This document shows positions 40,914 through 48,825 of a stretch of DNA of 64,000 nucleotides, in pieces. A program made the translations under genes and the position numbers. How positions within the stretch are numbered: the stretch's first letter is position 1; every line of letters starts with the position of its first letter. Below the pieces are notes generated by a model, which was not told where the DNA came from, did no database searches, and was given only the letters and a program-made list of their open reading frames with translations. This DNA comes from Candidatus Binatus sp. (GTDB lineage Bacteria; Desulfobacterota; Binatia; Binatales; Binataceae). The stretch covers positions 16,916 to 80,915 of the forward strand of contig NZ_DATCTO010000044.1 in the NCBI RefSeq assembly GCF_036567905.1, given 5' to 3'.

Positions 40914-41333
40914 TCAGCGCTTGAAAAACGAGTAGCTCCTTGGTGCGTTCTCCTTAAGGTATTTGCGCAGCGGTTCGACACCCCGGTTCCGAACCGTGGT
41001 TCGCCAACCGGCCGGAAACTTCTCCTCGATCCACCATTGGTTGGTATCAAGCCTGATGTAGAGTTTGTTGCTCCCGACCGCGGCGCTGCCGCGATTCCCA
41101 AAATGGTTCAAAGGCAGGCCGAACTCTTCAAGCAGTTCCTGCCAGTAAACCCAGGTTAAGCGAGAGACGGTGGCCGGTGAAGCGCCAGGAATGTCGTAGG
41201 ACTTGATTGCATAGCGCTCCATCAGCGCCTTCTGCAGGCGGCGCGCAGTCTCGACCTCTGCCGCCACGGCTCCATTATTGGTGTTGACCTTGCGCAACAG
41301 TGTGATCTTTCGCAGAGCGTCTTCGGCCGTCAT
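40914..41333 (-). CDS. Hypothetical protein in a lower-GC patch (N-terminus DUF2786-like?)
   Basis: 139 aa from the ATG at 41333 (GAGGTG RBS 12 nt upstream). The N-terminal EDALRKITLLRKVNTNNGAVAAEVETARRLQKALMERYAI recalls the DUF2786 helix pair; the rest is unrecognised. Confidence 0.45.
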   Translation of the reverse strand: MTAEDALRKITLLRKVNTNNGAVAAEVETARRLQKALMERYAIKSYDIPGASPATVSRLTWVYWQELLEEFGLPLNHFGNRGSAAVGSNKLYIRLDTNQWWIEEKFPAGWRTTVRNRGVEPLRKYLKENAPRSYSFFKR

Positions 41334-41544
41334 CGAAACAGGTGCACCTCGGTTGGCGATACTGTAATTGGCGGTAAGATTAGTTATATCGCATATTTTT
41401 GTCAAGAATTTTAATGAGGGATCGAAATTTTAGTGCTCCCGGATACAACGGCGCCGACCAAGTTCAATTTGATCACAATTGCGCATTCCCCTCTCCTGCG
41501 CATCGCAAATGACGCCGCAGCGGCGCGGAGAATACCGCGCGCGC

Positions 41545-43029
41545 TCAGCCTTCCGGCGCAAGCATCTTGTCGGCCCGCACCAGCCGGTCGAACTCCTCTC
41601 CCTTGAGCAACTTCAACCCAAGCGTGGCCTCGCGCAGCGTGATTCCTTCCGCGTGCGCCTTCTTGGCGACCTTCGCCGCGTTGTCGTAGCCGATATGCGG
41701 ACTCAGCGCCGTCACCAGCATCAGCGAATTTGCGACGTTGCGCCGGAGCTGCTCGCGATTGGGCTCGATCCCTTCGACGCAGTACTTGCTAAACGACGCG
41801 CACGAATGCGCCAGCAGCATCGTCGAATGCAAAAAATTGTGGATGATGATCGGTTTGAAAACGTTGAGCTCGAAATTCCCCTGCGAGCCGGCCATCGTGA
41901 TCGCCACGTCGTTGCCGATCACCTGGATGGAGACCATCGTCATCGCCTCGCTCTGCGTCGGGTTCACCTTGCCCGGCATGATCGACGAGCCCGGCTCGTT
42001 CTCCGGCAGGATTAATTCTCCCAGCCCGGTGCGCGGTCCCGAGCCCATCCAGCGGATGTCGTTGGCGATCTTCATCAGCGAAACTGCCAGCGTCTTGAGC
42101 GCTCCAGAAGCCGCCACCAGCGCATCGTGCGCCGCCAGCGCCGCAAACTTGTTCGGCGCCGACTTAAACGGCAGCCCGGTGTACGCCGCGATCTTTGCCG
42201 CCACGCGATCGGCAAACTCCCGATGCGTATTGAGCCCGGTGCCGACCGCCGTGCCGCCAATGGCCAGTTCGAGCAAGTCCGGCAGCGCCGCTTCGATTCG
42301 CTTCAAATCATAGTCGAGCTGCGCGACGTAGCCCGAGAATTCCTGCCCCAGCGTCAGCGGCACCGCATCCATCAGATGGGTGCGGCCGATCTTCACGAGG
42401 CCCGCGAACTCGCCGGCTTTGCGCGCGAGCGCGTCGCGCAGCATTCGCATCGACGGAATCAGGTCGTGGGTAACTTCCTCGGCCGCCGCAATATGCATCG
42501 CAGTCGGAAAAGTGTCGTTGGACGACTGCGACATGTTCACGTCGTCGTTGGGATGGATCGGCTTTTTGCCGCCGAGCACGCCGCCGGCCATCTCGATCGC
42601 GCGATTCGAGATGACCTCGTTGGCGTTCATGTTGGTCTGCGTGCCGCTGCCGGTCTGCCAGATGCGCAGCGGAAAGTGATCGTCAAGTTTGCCCGCGATC
42701 ACTTCGTCGGCGGCCGCGGTAACCAGCCTGGCCTTGTCGGGGGGCAGCTTGCCGAGATCGCGATTAACTTCCGCCGCCGCCTTCTTCAAAATCCCGAACG
42801 CGCGCACCACCGAACGCGGCATCCGGTCGAATCCGATCGCGAAGTGCAGCAGCGATCGCTCGGTCTGCGCGCCCCAGTAGCGGTCGCACGCGACCTCGAT
42901 CGCACCCATGCTGTCGGTTTCGACGCGCTTGCCGGTCTGCGGCGCCTTGCCGGCCCCGGCCGGCGTCGCGGTCAATCCGCGCTTGGCGATGCTGGCCTTG
43001 CGTACCTTCGATTTCGTATTTGCTGCCAT
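41545..43029 (-). CDS. fumC: Class II fumarate hydratase
   Basis: 494 aa with the signature [19 protein letters not shown]. Has a Lys/Ala-rich N-terminal extension of about 35 aa ahead of the usual ...ETDSMG... start region. Confidence 0.95.
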   Translation of the reverse strand: MAANTKSKVRKASIAKRGLTATPAGAGKAPQTGKRVETDSMGAIEVACDRYWGAQTERSLLHFAIGFDRMPRSVVRAFGILKKAAAEVNRDLGKLPPDKARLVTAAADEVIAGKLDDHFPLRIWQTGSGTQTNMNANEVISNRAIEMAGGVLGGKKPIHPNDDVNMSQSSNDTFPTAMHIAAAEEVTHDLIPSMRMLRDALARKAGEFAGLVKIGRTHLMDAVPLTLGQEFSGYVAQLDYDLKRIEAALPDLLELAIGGTAVGTGLNTHREFADRVAAKIAAYTGLPFKSAPNKFAALAAHDALVAASGALKTLAVSLMKIANDIRWMGSGPRTGLGELILPENEPGSSIMPGKVNPTQSEAMTMVSIQVIGNDVAITMAGSQGNFELNVFKPIIIHNFLHSTMLLAHSCASFSKYCVEGIEPNREQLRRNVANSLMLVTALSPHIGYDNAAKVAKKAHAEGITLREATLGLKLLKGEEFDRLVRADKMLAPEG

Positions 43030-43241
43030 TTTCTATATCCTCTGTTGGATTTCCTACGGCCTCGCGGCGACTATTCTAACCCGGATGGCGCCCGCTGACG
43101 GTGATTTCCCATCGCGATTCGCCTCCGACGCCCTTTTCAAAGACGCTGTGCCGATATAGGTTATGACGCGTACTTTGACAATAGCGACTAATTTCGGATC
43201 GAGATACTTTTAAGCGTTCATTTTAGGAGAGACTGCCAACC

Positions 43242-43595
43242 ATGCCTTGGACGATTACCCGCCTTTGCCGCGATTGCATTGACACCGGATGCGTTAGCGT
43301 GTGCCCCGTCGATTGCATCTATGAATACGTCGGCGCCGACAAGGAAAAATTCCCCAACCAGCTCTACATCGATCCCGACGAATGCATCGATTGCGGAGCC
43401 TGCGAGCCCGAATGTCCGTGGGAGGCGATTTTCGAGGAGCCGGCCGTTCCCGAGGTCTTCAAGGACGACGTCGCGCTCAACCACGCGATGCTCGAAATCA
43501 AGGATCAGTTCAAGGTGATGCCGTTTAAGAAAGTCGAGCACCCGACGCCCGAGCAGATAGCCGAGAACAAGAAAAAATGGGGCCTCGAGACCTGA
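43242..43595 (+). CDS. Ferredoxin (FdxA-like, 3Fe-4S plus 4Fe-4S type)
   Basis: 117 aa with [18 protein letters not shown] and [12 protein letters not shown] cluster motifs. Confidence 0.85.
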   Translation: MPWTITRLCRDCIDTGCVSVCPVDCIYEYVGADKEKFPNQLYIDPDECIDCGACEPECPWEAIFEEPAVPEVFKDDVALNHAMLEIKDQFKVMPFKKVEHPTPEQIAENKKKWGLET

Positions 43596-43722
43596 ACCCG
43601 CGGCGCATTTCCCGCTAAATGCGATTGCCCCCCTTTCCACCTGAGAAGGGGCCAGGGCCGCGTGTCGTTCGGCTCCTGAGGCGTTCGCCGGTTTAGCGGC
43701 GGCGGCCCGCGAACGAGTGCGG

Positions 43723-43929
43723 TCAGCCTTTCATTGATGACGGTTTCCGGTCGCGGTGTTCTCGAAACCACTCCCACGCGCGCGCATCTGCTTGTCTCAG
43801 GGCTGCGTAACATTTGTTGCACAGAGACACGCCAATCTCCGTGATGCGAAACCCGAGAACATCGTCTATCCAGCGGTGCTGGCCGACATTCCCGCAGCGT
43901 TCGCAAGTGACAGCGTGGCATGGCTTCAT
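43723..43929 (-). CDS. Small zinc-ribbon protein (68 aa), last gene of the Tad-like operon
   Basis: MKPCHAVTCERCGNV...SLCNKCYAAL gives CxxC-N23-CxxC. It starts 8 nt after the upstream stop. The RBS is weak, and this reading is the tail of the 43723..44361 track ORF. Confidence 0.4.
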   Translation of the reverse strand: MKPCHAVTCERCGNVGQHRWIDDVLGFRITEIGVSLCNKCYAALRQADARAWEWFREHRDRKPSSMKG

Positions 43930-43937
43930 TGCGGCGC

Positions 43938-44384
43938 CTACTGCGAGATGACCATTGCCGCGGTGCGGGTGAGCGGGATGGTGACCGAGGAGACCAAACT
44001 CGTCAGCGGCGGGAACTTGTAGCTGACGACCACCGTAACCACGCTCCCGGGTTTGTTGTCGGGCGCCCAGGTCGTGGTGACGGTCAACGAATTCGTGTTC
44101 AGCACGCCGACGACCAGACCGTCCACGTAAGTCTGAACGCCAGCCGCCGACACCGGCGCCATCGCGGTTGACCCATGGACCGTCGCATAGCGCACGGCCT
44201 GCTGCGCGCTGTAACAAACGAAGTCGTAGGAATAGAGCGCCAGTGCAAAGTTGATTATCCCGAAAAACAGCATCAGGCTCGGCGTCAGCACCAGCGCGAA
44301 CTCGGCCATCGCCTGCCCCGGGTGCGAGCATCGGATCGCGGCGCGCAACCATCGGCGCCATAGCTTGATGCCGCTCGCGTTCAT
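43938..44384 (-). CDS. TadE-like pseudopilin
   Basis: 148 aa. PGQAMAEFALVLTPSLMLFFGIINFALALY matches the TadE N-terminal (G/xxxxEF plus hydrophobic helix) pattern. Confidence 0.75.
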   Translation of the reverse strand: MNASGIKLWRRWLRAAIRCSHPGQAMAEFALVLTPSLMLFFGIINFALALYSYDFVCYSAQQAVRYATVHGSTAMAPVSAAGVQTYVDGLVVGVLNTNSLTVTTTWAPDNKPGSVVTVVVSYKFPPLTSLVSSVTIPLTRTAAMVISQ

Positions 44385-44388
44385 TTGA

Positions 44389-44901
44389 CTATTGGACGAC
44401 GCGCATAATGGCTTTGCCGGGCACTGTTATAGGCGGCAGGATGCCCATGAAATTGACCAGCGGCGTGTACGGGGCGCTGGTGTTGACCTGCGTGTACAGC
44501 AACCGATGGCTGCCGGCGCAGTCGGTTGACAGGCACGTCGATGCGTTCCCGTTGGCGCATTGACAGAAGTGAGTGGCGGTCGTCGTCATCCCGACAATAT
44601 TGGGCGCGTCGTTGGCCGCCGCCGCCCGCATCCCGGCGTTATCGGCCGCGGTCGAAAGATTCTGCGAACCGTACTGAACGCCGGCCCGCGCCGCGTTCGA
44701 AACCGAAATCGCGATGTAGAACGCGCGGCCCGTTTCCACCACCACCAGAAACATCATCAGCAGCAACGGCAGACTGAGCGCGAGCTCCACCGCCGCCTGC
44801 CCACGCGCGCGCCCGCGCCGATGGCGACCGCCACGGCGTCGCTTCCAACTGGCCGCGCCCATGGATTCAACCGGCTCCGGCAATCGCGCTATCGTGCTCA
44901 T
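44389..44901 (-). CDS. TadE-like pseudopilin
   Basis: 170 aa with an Arg-rich leader and then RGQAAVELALSLPLLLMMFLVVVETGRAFY. The start overlaps the upstream stop (ATGA). Confidence 0.75.
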   Translation of the reverse strand: MSTIARLPEPVESMGAASWKRRRGGRHRRGRARGQAAVELALSLPLLLMMFLVVVETGRAFYIAISVSNAARAGVQYGSQNLSTAADNAGMRAAAANDAPNIVGMTTTATHFCQCANGNASTCLSTDCAGSHRLLYTQVNTSAPYTPLVNFMGILPPITVPGKAIMRVVQ

Positions 44902-47390
44902 TCGGCCAGTATCGTTCCTTTTATTGGTGAGCCGTCGGCCAGCGACGAATAGTTGTCGCCGACCCTCGCGTTGCCGCTGACCACCAGCTTGTCCGCGACC
45001 ACGATGCTGTAGCCGTTGAGGCTGCTGTTCCCGAGGTAGGTAACCTGCGTCGTCGCGAAGTAGATCGCACCGTCGAAGGTCGAACTCGAATTTCCGGTTA
45101 TCGTGCTGGCCGCCGCGCCGGTCGGAATCGAGCGATCCTGAAAGAACAGGATTCCCGCCAGCGGACCCGAGGTCGGCGCACTGAAATGCACCGTCGCGTT
45201 TCCGTTCAGCGCAATTCCCCCGTAACTACCCCTCCCCGTCGTGTTGTAAAACGTTACCCCGGTGCCGGTCATCCACGAGTTGCCCCTTATCGTCATTCCG
45301 CCACCGGCGAGCACGTAGGTTCCCGCGTTGAAATTCAACCAGGAATTGCCGTTGACCGAGATACCGCCGCAGTAGGTGCCGGGATAGAGCTGGTAGGGAC
45401 TGCCGCTGCTCCCCGTGTTCCCGTTGAGCGAAAAATTGGTGTGAGCGCACGAGCCGACGGTGGGCTCCTGCAGGTATGCCAGCGGATCGGACGCTGCAAT
45501 CACCCCGGTCTTCGGCGTCGGCGTAAAACTGACGTTGCCGGTGGTGCTGTAGTTGCCCACGACCCCGATAGTCGGCGCCGCGATCGTGGCGTTGCCGTTG
45601 ACCGCCATGCCGCTCGAGGAGCTCGAGTCCACCAGCAGACCGCAGCCGCTCTGGATGTCGACGTTGCCGTTGACCGACATCGCGCTCGAGGCCGACGGGT
45701 CCAGCACGTAGATGCAGTTGGGCCCGTTGCCCTCATACGCCGCCGCGCGCGCCGACACGCTGATCGAGCTGACTCCGAGCACGCGCAGAAAATAAGTCGG
45801 CTCGGGCATGGTGACGATCGCCTCGACGTACGCCGTGTTTGACGAATTCGGTCCCGTGCTCGGAGGATTGTTGACCGCCACGGTGACGCCGTTTTGGCCG
45901 TTGGTGTATCCGTTGCTCGCCGCGTCCGCCTGGCCTGCCGCCACCAGGTCGCCGTACTTCAGCTCCTCCGCGCCGGCCATCGCCGCACTGTCCGCCGCCG
46001 TCTGCATCATGTTCCTTTGGTCTTGCATGAAGCTGAAATCGGCGACGACCGCAATCATGCCCACGATCGCGACCAGCGCGACGCAGACCAGCACCATCAC
46101 CTGGCCGCTTGCGCTCGCCGCCACATTCATCTTGCTGTTCGTACTCATTCGGCCAGCACCGTTCCTTTTACCGGTGAGCCGTCGGTCAGCGAGGAATAGT
46201 TGTTGCTCACCATCGAGTTGCCGCTGACCACCAGCATGTCCGCTACCACGATGCTGTAACCGTTGACGCTGCTGTTGCCGCTGTAGGTAACCTGCGTCGT
46301 CGGGAAGTAGAGCGCCCCATCGAAGGTCGATCCCGCACTTCCGGTTATCGTGCTGCCTGCTGCGCCGGTCGGGACCGAGCGATCCTGAAAGAACAGGACT
46401 CCCGCCAGCGGACCCGAGGTCGGCGCACTGAAATTCACCGTCGAGGTTCCGCTCAGCGCAATTGGCCCGTAACCACCGGTCCCCGTCGTGTTGTAGAACG
46501 TCACCCCGGCGCCGGTCATCACCGCGCCGCTTCTAATGAGCATGCCGCCCCCGGCGAGTACGTAGGTTCCCGCGTTGAAATTCAGCCAGGAATTGCCGTT
46601 GACCGAGATACCGCCGCAATAGGTGCCGGGATAGAGCTGATAGGGACTGCCGCTGCTCCCGGCTCCGTTGAGCGAAAAATTGGTGTGGGCGCACGAGCCC
46701 ACGGCGGGCGCCTGCAGGTATGCCAGCGGATCGGACGCTGCAATCACCCCGGTCTTCGGCGTCGGCGTAAAACTGACGTTGCTGTCGGCAGTGTAGCCGC
46801 CCACGACCCCGATGGCCGATGCCGTGATCGTGGCGCCGCCGTTGACCGCCATGCCGTTTGACGCGCTCGAATCGACCAGCAGACCGCAGTTGCTCTGGAT
46901 GACGGCGCTGCCGCTGGCCGACATCGCGCTCGACGCCGTCGGATCCAGCACGTAGATGCAGTTGGGCCCGCCGCCCTTATACGCGACCGCGCGCGCCGAC
47001 ACGCCGATCGAGCTGACTCCGAGCACGCGCAGAAAATAAGTCGGCTCGGGCATGCTGACGATCGCCTCGACGTACGCCGTGTTTGACGAATTCGGTCCGG
47101 TGCTGGGAGGATTGTTGACCGCCACAGTGACGCCGTTTTGGCCGTTGGTGTATCCGTTGCTCGCCGCGTCCGCCTGGCCCGCCGCCACCAGATCGCCGTA
47201 ATTCAGTTCCTCCGCGCCGGCCATCGCCGCACTGTCCGCCGCCGTCTGCATCATGTTCCTTTGGTCTTGCATGAAGCTGAAATCGGCGACGACCGCAATC
47301 ATGCCCACGACCGCGACCCGCGCGGCGCAGATCAGCACCATCACTTGGCCGCTTGCGCTCGCCGCCACATTTATCTTGCTGTTCGTATCC
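44897..47390 (-). repeat. Tandem direct duplication, 2 x about 1247 bp
   Basis: Units 44897-46143 and 46144-47390 align end to end. Both begin with CTCATTCGGCCAG, so the duplication includes the stop/start overlap junction. Confidence 0.85.
44898..46148 (-). CDS. TadG-like (Tad_N/TadE-G-like) protein with a Gly/Asn-rich C-terminal domain, paralog 1
   Basis: 416 aa. An N-terminal hydrophobic segment plus ADFSFMQDQRNMMQTAADSAAMAGA and EPTYFLRVLG fit the Flp pilus-assembly TadG-like pattern. The C-terminal part has recurring NGN/GN turns. Confidence 0.75.
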   Translation of the reverse strand: MSTNSKMNVAASASGQVMVLVCVALVAIVGMIAVVADFSFMQDQRNMMQTAADSAAMAGAEELKYGDLVAAGQADAASNGYTNGQNGVTVAVNNPPSTGPNSSNTAYVEAIVTMPEPTYFLRVLGVSSISVSARAAAYEGNGPNCIYVLDPSASSAMSVNGNVDIQSGCGLLVDSSSSSGMAVNGNATIAAPTIGVVGNYSTTGNVSFTPTPKTGVIAASDPLAYLQEPTVGSCAHTNFSLNGNTGSSGSPYQLYPGTYCGGISVNGNSWLNFNAGTYVLAGGGMTIRGNSWMTGTGVTFYNTTGRGSYGGIALNGNATVHFSAPTSGPLAGILFFQDRSIPTGAAASTITGNSSSTFDGAIYFATTQVTYLGNSSLNGYSIVVADKLVVSGNARVGDNYSSLADGSPIKGTILAE

Positions 47391-47437
47391 CGACGCACGG
47401 CCTTGCGATGCGCCGCTGGGAACTTGCTCATCATCAT
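46145..47437 (-). CDS. TadG-like protein, paralog 2
   Basis: About 430 aa, collinear with and highly similar to paralog 1. The start is uncertain (three consecutive ATG codons at 47431-47437; the track start 47512 is less likely). The stop overlaps the paralog 1 start (ATGA). Confidence 0.7.
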   Translation of the reverse strand: MMMSKFPAAHRKAVRRDTNSKINVAASASGQVMVLICAARVAVVGMIAVVADFSFMQDQRNMMQTAADSAAMAGAEELNYGDLVAAGQADAASNGYTNGQNGVTVAVNNPPSTGPNSSNTAYVEAIVSMPEPTYFLRVLGVSSIGVSARAVAYKGGGPNCIYVLDPTASSAMSASGSAVIQSNCGLLVDSSASNGMAVNGGATITASAIGVVGGYTADSNVSFTPTPKTGVIAASDPLAYLQAPAVGSCAHTNFSLNGAGSSGSPYQLYPGTYCGGISVNGNSWLNFNAGTYVLAGGGMLIRSGAVMTGAGVTFYNTTGTGGYGPIALSGTSTVNFSAPTSGPLAGVLFFQDRSVPTGAAGSTITGSAGSTFDGALYFPTTQVTYSGNSSVNGYSIVVADMLVVSGNSMVSNNYSSLTDGSPVKGTVLAE

Positions 47438-47643
47438 CAGTTCGCTCCAGCGTACAAAGCACCGCCCGTGCCATCGGATTAGCCTTCCGATCGCTACAAC
47501 ATACGCGCCCAATATGTCCCAGGCTGATTGGTGACTGTCCGGTTATGACTCTAAGGAAGGAAGGCCAGCCGCTCGGCGATCGATAGCGTCCTGATAGCCT
47601 CGCCCTGACAGGAGAGCTGTGCGCAACCGGATCGGCGCATCAT

Positions 47644-47748
47644 TTCCTCTCCTGTAAGGAGAGGGATGAAGGGGAGAGTGAAAAGTCCTTATATAGCGCG
47701 CCCTGTTTCCCCTTCTTAATACTGGCCTCCCGTGCCAACGGGCGCGGG
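47644..47748 (+). repeat. About 105-nt modular repeat, copy D
   Basis: CCTCTCC-TGTAA-GGAGAGG hairpin, GATGAAGGGGAGAGTG, TATATAGCGCGCC, CTTCTTAATACTGGC and CCCGTGCC-AACG-GGCGCGGG hairpin. Roughly 85% identical by eye to 61354-61450, in the same orientation. Confidence 0.7.
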
Positions 47749-47775
47749 AAAAGCGATCTCGCCGACCCGCGCTCG

Positions 47776-48825
47776 CTACACGATCCGCTTCTGCCCGTGC
47801 TTGAATCCGCCCTGTTCGCCAATCGCCTCATTGCCGCGCTCAGGCTCGGTCCGTTCGCGCTCGGGTTGGGGCTCGCGTTCAGGCTCGCGCCGCCGTCCCC
47901 GCGGCGGCGCCTCTGCGCGCGGTTCGCGCCGGCCGCTCTCGGTAGGCACTATCTCGATCGATCGCAGCAATCCTTCACCGGCCGAGCGCGTCGTGATCAT
48001 CGGATCTTCCTTGAGCGCCAGATGCACCACGCGCCGATCGCGCGCCGGCATCGGCTCGAGCCGCAGCGGCTTGTGCTCGCGCTTGACCTGCTCACCCATC
48101 GCCAGCGCCATCCGATGCAATTGCTGGCGGCGTCGCGCGCGATACGATTCAGTCTCCAGTGAAATCGGCGCCGCATCCTTGATTCGCCGCGCCAGGATCC
48201 GATTCACGATGTACTCGAGCGCGTCGAGGGTCTGACCATGCCGCCCGATGAGGATTCCCGAACCGTCGCCCTTGATTTCGAGCTCGACCGTCTCCGCGTC
48301 CACTTCTATCTGCCGCACTTCGGTCCGCTCGCCCATGATCTCGAGGATCTGTTTGAGGATTAGCGTCGCCTCACGGCGCTGCGCCTCGACGTCGGCGTTT
48401 TTGCGCTCCGCCGCGCCGCCGGTTTCGTCGTGGTCGTTGTCACCGGCGTTCGCCGCCGCCGCCGATGGCGCCGGATTCGCGCCTCGCTCGCTGGCGTCGT
48501 CGCGGCCGCGCGCTTGATTCCCGCGCCCGAGCGCCCGCCGCTCAGGCGCGCCTTGCTTGCGTGCCGGCGGCAACGGCGAGGCTGGCGCAACCTGGGGGAC
48601 TTGCGGGTTCGATCCCGCATGCCCGCCGCCGCCCGCGGCATCCGCGCGCTTGCGCGTCACTCGCACCCGCGCCTGCCGCGCGCCCAGTCCGAGCACGCCC
48701 GCGCGCGCCGTAGCGAGCACTTCGATCGCAACCTCGTCCTCGCGCGCGCCGAGCTGTTCGAGGGCTTCCCTGGTCGCCTCTTCCACCGAGGCGGCCGCTA
48801 GTTCTATCGAGTCGACATTGCTCAT
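47776..48825 (-). CDS. jag: Jag/KhpB-type RNA-binding protein (Jag_N, KH, R3H)
   Basis: 349 aa from the ATG at 48825, which overlaps the yidC stop (ATGA). KH-like VELEIKGDGSGILIGRHGQTLDALEYI and R3H-like region LEPMPARDRRVVHLAL. Has an Arg/Glu/Pro-rich C-terminal tail. Confidence 0.85.
   Translation of the reverse strand: MSNVDSIELAAASVEEATREALEQLGAREDEVAIEVLATARAGVLGLGARQARVRVTRKRADAAGGGGHAGSNPQVPQVAPASPLPPARKQGAPERRALGRGNQARGRDDASERGANPAPSAAAANAGDNDHDETGGAAERKNADVEAQRREATLILKQILEIMGERTEVRQIEVDAETVELEIKGDGSGILIGRHGQTLDALEYIVNRILARRIKDAAPISLETESYRARRRQQLHRMALAMGEQVKREHKPLRLEPMPARDRRVVHLALKEDPMITTRSAGEGLLRSIEIVPTESGRREPRAEAPPRGRRREPEREPQPERERTEPERGNEAIGEQGGFKHGQKRIV

Noticed and set aside
44897-47390. 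Diversity-generating retroelement (template/variable repeat) as an explanation for Asn-position differences between the TadG-like paralogs.
   Set aside because: No reverse transcriptase or accessory gene is in the window. The repeat units are whole genes of about 1.25 kb rather than repeats of about 100-150 bp. The substitutions I read are not restricted to adenines (for example GTC to GCC alongside AAC to AGC or GGC).
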